From assembly GCA_964424195.1 (NCBI GenBank), contig CAYRHT010000002.1, forward strand, positions 8,458 through 72,457: a stretch of 64,000 nt of DNA, given 5' to 3'. The notes below the pieces were generated by a model, which was not told the origin of the DNA, ran no database searches, and worked only from the letters and a program-made list of their open reading frames with translations. Below, one piece after another: positions 1 through 8,684 of the stretch. The first letter of the stretch is position 1; each line of letters opens with the position of its first letter. The position numbers and the translations under genes are program-made. Source of the stretch: an uncultured Gammaproteobacteria bacterium. GTDB taxonomy: Bacteria; Patescibacteriota; Patescibacteriia; UBA1558; S5-K13.

Positions 1-3000
1 GGTAATTCTAATTCTGGGGAAAATAGAGAATTAAGAGTTTATGGTTATTTAACTGCTGATACTGCTAGTCGCTATACCTCTTTAAAAGTAGATGATACTA
101 ATGATGAATTTTTAATTACTGTAGACCCTAGTATTTTAATGGGAGCAGCAATTCAATTAGCTGATGCAGCTGGAGCTACAGAATTTAGAGTTCGAGATAG
201 TGCTGGTACAGAAGTATTTTCTGTAGATAGTGATGGTGATGTTGAAGCTAATAAGGTTGGAATTAATGTTGCTCCTTCAGCTACTTTAGATATTCAAGGT
301 GATGCTGGTCAGACTAATGATTTATTTGCCATTGCTAGCTCCACTGGTCAAGAATATTTAGCAATGTCAAATTTAGGTAAAACTGTTATAACTGGCAAAG
401 TTGTTAATCCAAATCATGCTGGTGTGATTGAAGACGGTGATGGTGGAGCTGATTTGGAAGAGGCTTATACTGTGGCTGTTTCTGGAGATTATGCTTATGT
501 TGGCAATATGGGCGGTGAGTCTATTGAGATAGTTGATATATCAGATCCAACAAATCCAACCCATCTTTCTAATTTAGCTGACGGTGGTGTTTCTGCCCCT
601 TATTTTACTTCTACAGTATCTGTAGTTGTCTCCGGAGATTATTTGTATGTTTTGTCTTTAGATGGAAATGGAACTTTAAGTATTGTAGATATTTCTAATC
701 CGGCTAATCCTACTTTGAATGGATATATTAAAACTGGTAGTGGTGGAGCAAATTTTTTTAATTCTGATCAATTATATATTTACAAGAATTTTGCCTATAT
801 TACTTATAGTAGCGGATTAGCGATAATAAATGTTTCTGACCCTTATAATCCAACTTGGGCTGATAGTATTGACGATGGTGAGGGAGGAGCTCAATTAGAA
901 GGTGCTTACGGTCTCTATGTAACTAACGACTATGCTTATATAGGAGCTGATGATACTAATGCTTTCGAAATAGTTGATGTTTCTGATCCTTATAATCCAG
1001 TCCATGCTGGTTATTTAGCTGACGGTGGAGCTGGCGCTCCTTATATTGACAATACTTATTCAGTATATGTGTCTGGTAACTATGCTTATTTAGTAGATTA
1101 TACTAGCGGTGCTTTAGAAATAATAGACATTTCTGATCCAACTAGCCCTACTCATGTTGGTAGTTTATTAGATGGCGGAGGAAGTGCTCCTTATTTAAAT
1201 GGAGCGGCATCAATTAAAGTAGCTGGTAGTTATGCTTATATTTCTAGTGTTAGCGGTGCTTTAGAAATAATAGACATTTCTGATCCAGCTAATCCTACTC
1301 ATGTTGGTAGTTTATTAGATGGTGATGGAGGTGTTATGTTAGGGGGTTCTTATAATTTGGATATTTCTGGTAATTATGTTTATATGGTTGCCATGGATGA
1401 TAGTGCTTTAAATATTATAGATATTTCGGGAGTAGAAATATCAAATACAGAAATTGGTTCAGCTAAGATAGATTCATTACAAGTAATGAATAGAGCTCAA
1501 TTTAATCAAGAATTATATGTCAGAGATTCTTTAAGTGTTGGTGGCGGAGCTGGCTTTGGTGGGGCAGTAGTAATTAATATGACTACAACTTCTACAGAAA
1601 TGGGAATCTCTGCTTTGAGTGTCACAGCTACTACTTCTGATAGTTTAGTAAGTTTTAATCAAAAAGGAAGTGGAGATATATTTACTCTTCAAGATGCTGG
1701 AACAAATGTATTTACAGTCGCTGATGGTGGTAATGTTGATATTAGTGGCAATGTTGGTATTAGTACTTCAACACCTTGGGCTCATTTATCAGTAGAGAGT
1801 CAAGGTTCTTTGCCAGGCTTAGTTGTTTCAGATACTTCTAATAACACTGATTTTATTGTAGCTAGTGATGGTCGAGTCGGTATGGGAACTGCTAGTCTGG
1901 GGGAAAATAACTTATATGTTTATAATAGTGAAGCAAATGTAACATTTGGTGATGAGAATAATAGTATAAATTTTAATATCATAGATGAATGGCCTAAGAT
2001 AATTGGAGATTCTAGCTCTGTTGGAGATTGGGCACTTGGTGTTTATGATAGTCTCTCAGAAGAGCATGTGTCATTATCAACAACAAATGATTATGCACTT
2101 CTTTTTGGTACTAATGATAATGAAAGAATGCGTTTAGATACAAGTGGATATTTAGGAATAGCCACTACTACTCCTTGGGGGCAATTATCAGTAGAGGGAC
2201 AAGGTTCTTCACCTAGTTTTGTTATTTCAGACACTTCTAATAATACAGATTTGGTAGTTACTAATACAGGATTTGTAGGGATTGGAAAGTCCAATCCTTC
2301 TTATACTCTAGATGTCTATGCTGGCAGCGGAGTAAGATTTCATGATGATGCTCCTGATGATAGCTATTTAACCTTTGCTGAAGAATTAGGAGATCATTGG
2401 CCAAATATTAAAGGCTATTCAAATGGTAATGCTGATTGGATTTTAGGTGTTTATGAAGAATTTAGTGAAGAAATGAGTCTTTTAACTCATACTAATGATC
2501 CTTTACATTTGGGAACTAATAATACCCAGCGGTTGACAATTGAAGCTGGTGGCGATATTGGTATTGGTACTACTAATCCTCAATCCATGTTTGATGTTAA
2601 TAATCTTTTTCATGTTAGTTCTACTGGAGTAGTTTCAGCTTCAAGTACTTTAACAGCTTATGCCACTACAACTTTAGCTACAGATTTAAGAGTGGATACT
2701 GACACTTTAGTAGTTGATAGTTTTAATGATCGAGTTGGGATTGGCAATGCTAGTCCTTCTAGTGATTTACATATTGGTAGTTATGGTGTTGGAAATACTA
2801 CTTTTAGAATGGAGAGTAGTGGAAATGGATATTTTGGTATTTCGAATTATAGTGGAGAAACAAGATTCACTTCAGGAGCTGCTGCTACTAGTGATAATAT
2901 TATGACTTTTTATACTTCAGATGCTGGTTCAGAAGGTGAAGTTATGAGGATTGATCCTAGTGGTTATTTAGGTATTGGTACTTCATCTCCAACCATGCTT

Positions 3001-6000
3001 TTCCATGTTGGTTCATCTACACCTTCAAGTATAGCTTCAGCTAATTATTATAACTCTGCTTATGTAAGCGGAGATTTAGAAGTAGATGGAACTACTTATT
3101 TAGGAGGTTCTTTAAATATGGGTACTGGAGGTAATATAAATAATCTTCAAACTATAGCTTATAGTGAGGGTGATTCAACTGTATCACTTACTTCTGATTT
3201 TAATATTAAATTAGGTGATCCAGATGAAGCTAATAATGGAACTATTCTTTTTGTAGATGACGATAACGAAGAAGTATCAATAACAAAGAAATTAGTAGTA
3301 ACTGGTAATTTAGAGCTTGGTGGAAATGCAACTGTTACAGCTAGTACAGGAGATTTTACAACCGAAGGTAGATTATTAATTTCAGATGGTAGTGCAGCTT
3401 CTCCGTCTATAGCTTTTAAAGATGATTCTAATACTGGAATTTATCAATTATCAGATAATTCTATGGCTTTAGCCGTTAACGGATCAAGTGCGCTTTATTT
3501 AAATACAACTGCTATGCAAACTAAAGATCATTTACCATTTGTAAATAAATTTTATGATTTAGGCTCTTCTACTAGATATTGGCAAGAGTCTTATGCAGAG
3601 TTTTTATATCTTAATTCTGATTTAGATGCTAGTACTGCTAGTCCAGCCGTAGCTTTTGGTGATGGAGATACTGGTTTTTATGAAATAGCGGATGACCAAC
3701 TTTCTTTAGTAGCGGGAGCAAATGAATTAATAAGATTAGGTTATGATACTATTTCTTCTTCAACTCTAAGTGTGAATGAATTTTATATTAGTGGTTTAGT
3801 AGATTTAGATGTTTCTACAACTACTTATGCGATGAATATTTATAATACTTCTACTGATACTAGTGCTGGCGGATTATATGTTCAGAACGATGGTGGAGGA
3901 CTAGCTTTAGGAGTTTATGGAAATTCTGCTGAATCATTGTTTACTGTAGACTCTAATCAAACAAATATTTATAATCCAGTTAATTTTGAATCTACAGGTG
4001 ATGTTGGTATTGGTTCAGACTTAGTTTTCACAGGAACACCTGGTCACATTATTGGTGAAGGTTCCTTATATTTACAAACAGATTCTTCTTGGGAAGATTT
4101 AAATCTATATTTAAACGCATCTAATGATGGTCGAGTTTATGTTCAGGATATTTTAGAAGTTACTAGTACTACTTTAGCTATGACTGGAACTAGTACTTTT
4201 AGTGGAGGCAATGTTGGTATTGGTACTACTACTCCTTATGCTGCTTTATCCTTAGTTGATACCAACGCTGCAGTGAGTGATAATGTATTTGTAATTTCAA
4301 CTAGTACTAGTGGAGCTATATTCTCAGTTGACGGAGCTGGTAATTATTATTATGACGGTTCTGGTTCTACTCCAGCTGCTGATTATGCTGAGTACTATTA
4401 TACTAACGATACTGATTTAGAATCTGGTGAAGCAGTTTGTATTGATGTGACTCATAATAATGCAGTAGGTCGATGTATGAATGGAGCAGATGGAAATTTA
4501 ATGGGTATTGTTTCTACAGATCCTTCCATAGTTGGTAATGCTAAGCCTGGTTATGCTGAAGATGATCATTATGTAATTGTTGGTATGCTTGGACAAGTAC
4601 CAACTAGAGTTTCTAATGAAAATGGTGCAATTAGACCAGGTGATTCTTTAACTTCAGCTTCTTCAACTCCGGGATATGTAATGCGAGCTGATGCTGGAAA
4701 TCCAACTGTTGGTGTAGCTTTAGAAACATTAGAAGACGAAACTGGAGTTATTAATGTTTTAATTTCTCGAAGGAACAAGAGTTTAACTGTGGCTAAGGTA
4801 GAAGAAGTAATTATTGATCGAATAGCTCAGATGGAAATAGAGGATGAAGTAGCTATTTTAGTAGAACAGGCTGTTGGGGATTACAATTTTGCTTCAACTA
4901 CTGAGGCATTAATTGGAACAGAGATTGCTATCTTACAAGCCCAACTCGATGCTCAAGCTGAAGTTATTAATATATTACAAGGAGATGACTATACTAGTGA
5001 TGATCTTTGGGGTTTTGTAGGAGATGCTTTTGAAATTGGTGATTTTTATCAAGTAGATATTCAGGAAGCTAATTCCTATGCTATTGGTAATTTTAATGAT
5101 ATTTATGTAACCGGAGAAAATTCTGCTGGTTATGGAATTTATAATAAACTTTCTACTGCTAATGATGGTTTAGCTCAAACTGTATTTGGAAATTATAATC
5201 AATTACAGACTTCAAATCGAGAGGACACTGCTTTTGGTTCTTATATAGTCAGTTCAGTTGATACCTTAGATGGTATGCAAGTAGGACAGTATATTAATTT
5301 AGATAATTCTAATACTGAAAATTGGGCAATTATGGTTGATGCTGGTCAGACTTTCTTTGGTGATAATGTTTTAATAGGAGAACAAATGCCAGTGCTTTCT
5401 TGGTCAGATTTTAATTTAAATGGTGATGATTTATTTGTCCAAGGTGATGTAGGAATTGCTGGTAATTTATATATTGATGGTGAATTAAATGTTTTAGGAG
5501 ATGTTCAGTTCGTGGGAAATATTGAAGTAGGGGAGAATATTATTTTAGGTGGAATGCTTTTAAGCTCTAATTCTGGTTATGCAGAGATGTTAGATATTCT
5601 AGAAGATGATTATGAGTTTGGTGATCTAGTGGTAATGAATACTTCTTCGACTACTCGAGCTCGTTTAGCTGATCAAGCTAATAGTGAAATTATCTTAGGT
5701 GTCATTGCTCAAAACCCAGCTATTATAACTTCTAAAGATAAAGAGAATGGTCAGGCTGTAGTTATGTCGGGAACTACCTTGGTAAATGTTACAGCTGCTA
5801 ATGGCTTAATTAAAAAAGGTGATTATTTAACTACTGCTAATGAAATTGGTAAGGCTCAAAAAGTAACTAAAGACGGAGCTGGAATTTTAGGTATTGCTTT
5901 AGAAGACATGGAAGTGCCAACCTCTACTCCAAGTACCTTTGCTAATGATCAAATTTTAGTTCGAGTTCAATTAGGAAATTATTTTACTAGTGGAGCTAGA

Positions 6001-8682
6001 GTAGTAGAAGTTGCTAAATCTGGTGGAGATTTTTCTACTCTCACTGGTGCTTTAAGTTCAATTACTAATAACTCAGCCAAGAATAAATATATAGTTAAAG
6101 TTAAGGCTGGAGAATATGAAGATACTATTACTATGAAACCTTATGTTGATATTATTTGTGAGAATAAAGAAACAGTAAGTATTATTGCTGAAGATGCCCC
6201 AGTAGTAATTGGAGCTAATGATTCTCGAATTGAAGGATGTCATTTAATAGCTAGTGGTACTAATCTAACAGAACCAATTATAGTATCTATCAATAGTACT
6301 TCACCAATTATTTATAATAATATTTTAACTGCTTCAACTACCGAGTTAGCAATTGGTATTAATATTGAGAATACATTAGCTAGTTCTAAATTAGAACCTT
6401 TAATTTCTAATAATGAGTTTAGTTCTAATTTATATCAAGGAATTGTCAATTTTAGTGATGAAACAGAAGCTATTGTGATGAATAATAAATTAGATCAAGT
6501 GACTGGTCAGGCTTTGGCTAGTCTAGGTGGAATTATTAATTCTAATAATAATATATTTAGTGGACAATTGATTGATATTTATGTTAGCGAAGAGGCTAAA
6601 TTATATAGTCAAAATGATACTTATAATACTTTAGAAAATTCAGGAATATTTGTAGATGCTACTTTGAAGGGTGGAGTATTTAATAATTATATTGTTGATG
6701 GTTGGATAGTGTCTCAAGACCAAACAGAAGAAGATTCTTTTGCTATTAATATTAGTGCTGGTGAAGGATATTTAGATGGTATTCATGTGATGACTAGAGA
6801 ATTTAATGATATTCAATTATATGCTACTTCTACTAACTATATTTATATTAATGATGCCGGAGAGATAGAGATTAGTGTTAATAAAGAAGATACTCAGGGA
6901 ATATTATTAGCTGAAGCTCAAACAGATATAGAAAGTATTTTAGTTTTAAATAATGATCGGCAAAATGAAATTGTTGTTGCTAAACAAGGGGGAGACTTTA
7001 CTAGTATTAATGAAGCTTTAAATGCTATTAAATTGAATTCACCTAATAATAGATGGTTAATTACGGTGAAGCCTGGTATTTATAATGAACAAATTACTTT
7101 AAAACCTTATGTTGATTTAGTTGGTTCTGGTCAGAACAATACTAAAGTTACTCAAATCAATAATCCAGTTATTATTGGTGCTAGTCAGTCTTCAATTCAG
7201 AATATTGGTTTAGCATTATATGGTGATGAAATCGGTCAAGAAGTTGTTTCTTTAAATATTGTTAATGAGTTTGGTGAAGCTAATTCTATTGTTGACGGAA
7301 TTTATAAATTTGAAATTTCAGAAGTGTCAGTTGATTATAATAAATTAGAGAGTAGTGAAGTAGCTACTTCATCAGCTATTAAATTAGTGTCAGCTTTAGA
7401 TAATAATCAAGAGTTTGGAATAGCTTCTAGTACTGCTGAATTAGTAGATTTAAGATTAGATAGAGTTGAAATTAAGAATACTGATATTGGTTTAGATTGG
7501 AGTTTAATAGATGATAATTTTGTAGTTGCTACTGACAATTCAGCTACTAGTACAACAGAAATATTGATCAGCCAAGTAGATATTAGTAATTCAAGGTTTA
7601 ATACTAAATTATCAGATATTAGAACTCAAGCATTTATTTTAGAAGATTTTGAATTAAGTAATTATAGTGTAGCTTCTTCTACAACTTCTACTATTCAAGT
7701 TGATTACAATACTTTAATTACTTCTTCATATAATATGTATCTTGGTAGTGGAATAAGTTTTGATTTAGCTTTAGGTACTAAACTATCTACAAGTCATGAT
7801 AATTATGGTCAAGTTTTAGGCAATAATGCTTTAGTATTAGATGACTTTAATAGACAAATTGCTCAGTATGATGATTTATGGCTCTTACAAAATAATGATA
7901 AAGATGTAATTTCAGTTAATGGAGCTGGAAATATATTAATGAGTCCACAAAATGTAATGGTTGATAGTTTTGCTCTAAGTAATGATATTAGTTCTACTAC
8001 TTTGACTGTTTTAGCTATTGAAGATCACGAGGCTGCTCGTTTCTATGGTCCTTTAGTCATTGGTCCAGCTTTAACAGCAAGTTCTACAGCAACTAGTACC
8101 GGTCAAATAGCTGGTATTTCAGAATTAAGATTTTTAAGTGATGCTCAAATTTCTGCTACAGCAAGTTCCACTATTAAAGTCGGTCAAGCTGGTAATACTG
8201 TTGATTTAAATGTGGCCGGAGTAAACTATATTTTACCTGATTCAGCTATTAGAGATACAATTACAGCTTATGTTGATAGTCCTCGAAAAGGAGTTCATGT
8301 TTGGGGCAAGGGAACAAATTCTTGGCAACCTCCAGAAGATATTAAGATTTTGAAATTAAAAGCTCAGTATCATTGTGGTGAAGGTGGTAGTATCAACTTA
8401 AAATTAGAAGATGAGAATAACAGAGTTTTAGCTGAATTGAATGGTCAGAAATGTTCTAATAATTATATTAATATTGAGACAGATGATTTAGATATTAATT
8501 TGGATGAGAATGATGGAATGCATATTGTAATTTCTGAAGTTAAAGGTGGAAAACAAAAAGCTATTTATGGAAAAGAAGGTGAGGTTATTGGTAGAGGAGA
8601 GATTCAAGGAGCTCCTTCTCAATTAACTATGACCTTAGAGTATGTTTATAAAAGAGAATTAGAAAATGGAGGTATTAAATAA
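1..8682 (+). CDS. Giant secreted/cell-surface repeat protein, 5'-partial (more than 2,893 aa). It has LVIVD-type beta-propeller repeats, tail-fibre-like GIGTTxP repeats and two pectin-lyase-fold (pectinesterase-like) modules.
   Basis: Frame 1 is open from nt 1 through the annotated ATG at 139, so the gene begins upstream of the window. There are about 9 blades of the form 'YAYV...LEIVDISDPxNPT' in residues 100-450. There is a reiterated ~125-aa module with 'GNVGIGTTTPxxxLxV' in residues 500-1400. Residues ~1955-2010 ('AKSGGDFSTLTGAL..YIVKVKAGEYED') and ~2275-2330 ('AKQGGDFTSINEAL..WLITVKPGIYNE') resemble the start of pectinesterase/pectate-lyase beta-helices. Confidence 0.8.
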   Translation, partial: GNSNSGENRELRVYGYLTADTASRYTSLKVDDTNDEFLITVDPSILMGAAIQLADAAGATEFRVRDSAGTEVFSVDSDGDVEANKVGINVAPSATLDIQGDAGQTNDLFAIASSTGQEYLAMSNLGKTVITGKVVNPNHAGVIEDGDGGADLEEAYTVAVSGDYAYVGNMGGESIEIVDISDPTNPTHLSNLADGGVSAPYFTSTVSVVVSGDYLYVLSLDGNGTLSIVDISNPANPTLNGYIKTGSGGANFFNSDQLYIYKNFAYITYSSGLAIINVSDPYNPTWADSIDDGEGGAQLEGAYGLYVTNDYAYIGADDTNAFEIVDVSDPYNPVHAGYLADGGAGAPYIDNTYSVYVSGNYAYLVDYTSGALEIIDISDPTSPTHVGSLLDGGGSAPYLNGAASIKVAGSYAYISSVSGALEIIDISDPANPTHVGSLLDGDGGVMLGGSYNLDISGNYVYMVAMDDSALNIIDISGVEISNTEIGSAKIDSLQVMNRAQFNQELYVRDSLSVGGGAGFGGAVVINMTTTSTEMGISALSVTATTSDSLVSFNQKGSGDIFTLQDAGTNVFTVADGGNVDISGNVGISTSTPWAHLSVESQGSLPGLVVSDTSNNTDFIVASDGRVGMGTASLGENNLYVYNSEANVTFGDENNSINFNIIDEWPKIIGDSSSVGDWALGVYDSLSEEHVSLSTTNDYALLFGTNDNERMRLDTSGYLGIATTTPWGQLSVEGQGSSPSFVISDTSNNTDLVVTNTGFVGIGKSNPSYTLDVYAGSGVRFHDDAPDDSYLTFAEELGDHWPNIKGYSNGNADWILGVYEEFSEEMSLLTHTNDPLHLGTNNTQRLTIEAGGDIGIGTTNPQSMFDVNNLFHVSSTGVVSASSTLTAYATTTLATDLRVDTDTLVVDSFNDRVGIGNASPSSDLHIGSYGVGNTTFRMESSGNGYFGISNYSGETRFTSGAAATSDNIMTFYTSDAGSEGEVMRIDPSGYLGIGTSSPTMLFHVGSSTPSSIASANYYNSAYVSGDLEVDGTTYLGGSLNMGTGGNINNLQTIAYSEGDSTVSLTSDFNIKLGDPDEANNGTILFVDDDNEEVSITKKLVVTGNLELGGNATVTASTGDFTTEGRLLISDGSAASPSIAFKDDSNTGIYQLSDNSMALAVNGSSALYLNTTAMQTKDHLPFVNKFYDLGSSTRYWQESYAEFLYLNSDLDASTASPAVAFGDGDTGFYEIADDQLSLVAGANELIRLGYDTISSSTLSVNEFYISGLVDLDVSTTTYAMNIYNTSTDTSAGGLYVQNDGGGLALGVYGNSAESLFTVDSNQTNIYNPVNFESTGDVGIGSDLVFTGTPGHIIGEGSLYLQTDSSWEDLNLYLNASNDGRVYVQDILEVTSTTLAMTGTSTFSGGNVGIGTTTPYAALSLVDTNAAVSDNVFVISTSTSGAIFSVDGAGNYYYDGSGSTPAADYAEYYYTNDTDLESGEAVCIDVTHNNAVGRCMNGADGNLMGIVSTDPSIVGNAKPGYAEDDHYVIVGMLGQVPTRVSNENGAIRPGDSLTSASSTPGYVMRADAGNPTVGVALETLEDETGVINVLISRRNKSLTVAKVEEVIIDRIAQMEIEDEVAILVEQAVGDYNFASTTEALIGTEIAILQAQLDAQAEVINILQGDDYTSDDLWGFVGDAFEIGDFYQVDIQEANSYAIGNFNDIYVTGENSAGYGIYNKLSTANDGLAQTVFGNYNQLQTSNREDTAFGSYIVSSVDTLDGMQVGQYINLDNSNTENWAIMVDAGQTFFGDNVLIGEQMPVLSWSDFNLNGDDLFVQGDVGIAGNLYIDGELNVLGDVQFVGNIEVGENIILGGMLLSSNSGYAEMLDILEDDYEFGDLVVMNTSSTTRARLADQANSEIILGVIAQNPAIITSKDKENGQAVVMSGTTLVNVTAANGLIKKGDYLTTANEIGKAQKVTKDGAGILGIALEDMEVPTSTPSTFANDQILVRVQLGNYFTSGARVVEVAKSGGDFSTLTGALSSITNNSAKNKYIVKVKAGEYEDTITMKPYVDIICENKETVSIIAEDAPVVIGANDSRIEGCHLIASGTNLTEPIIVSINSTSPIIYNNILTASTTELAIGINIENTLASSKLEPLISNNEFSSNLYQGIVNFSDETEAIVMNNKLDQVTGQALASLGGIINSNNNIFSGQLIDIYVSEEAKLYSQNDTYNTLENSGIFVDATLKGGVFNNYIVDGWIVSQDQTEEDSFAINISAGEGYLDGIHVMTREFNDIQLYATSTNYIYINDAGEIEISVNKEDTQGILLAEAQTDIESILVLNNDRQNEIVVAKQGGDFTSINEALNAIKLNSPNNRWLITVKPGIYNEQITLKPYVDLVGSGQNNTKVTQINNPVIIGASQSSIQNIGLALYGDEIGQEVVSLNIVNEFGEANSIVDGIYKFEISEVSVDYNKLESSEVATSSAIKLVSALDNNQEFGIASSTAELVDLRLDRVEIKNTDIGLDWSLIDDNFVVATDNSATSTTEILISQVDISNSRFNTKLSDIRTQAFILEDFELSNYSVASSTTSTIQVDYNTLITSSYNMYLGSGISFDLALGTKLSTSHDNYGQVLGNNALVLDDFNRQIAQYDDLWLLQNNDKDVISVNGAGNILMSPQNVMVDSFALSNDISSTTLTVLAIEDHEAARFYGPLVIGPALTASSTATSTGQIAGISELRFLSDAQISATASSTIKVGQAGNTVDLNVAGVNYILPDSAIRDTITAYVDSPRKGVHVWGKGTNSWQPPEDIKILKLKAQYHCGEGGSINLKLEDENNRVLAELNGQKCSNNYINIETDDLDINLDENDGMHIVISEVKGGKQKAIYGKEGEVIGRGEIQGAPSQLTMTLEYVYKRELENGGIK
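1105..1323 (+). repeat. Two near-identical 72-nt copies, 147 nt apart, inside the giant gene (propeller-blade repeat).
   Basis: 'agcggtgctttagaaataatagacatttctgatcca..cctactcatgttggtagtttattagatgg' occurs at 1105-1176 and 1252-1323 with only about 5 mismatches. Confidence 0.8.
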
Positions 8683-8684
8683 TT

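Noticed and set aside
2091-2294. Short ORFs nested in or antisense to large genes, from the ORF track: 2091-2294(-), 2714-2905(+), 4569-4778(-), 16404-16652(-), 20895-21110(-), 22223-22414(-), 26245-26439(-), 31351-31611(-), 33444-33662(-), 35580-35951(-), 37108-37554(-), 40601-41050(-), 42821-43045(-), 53866-54111(-), 60121-60309(+), 63475-63660(+).
   Set aside because: All lie entirely inside longer, well-supported CDSs on the other strand or frame. Their hydrophobic, low-complexity translations are typical of AT-rich antisense frames, and no independent signals support them.
139-8682. Diversity-generating retroelement targeting the giant surface protein.
   Set aside because: No reverse-transcriptase ORF is present, and no template/variable repeat pair with adenine-specific mismatches was seen. 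The internal repeats differ at mixed positions.
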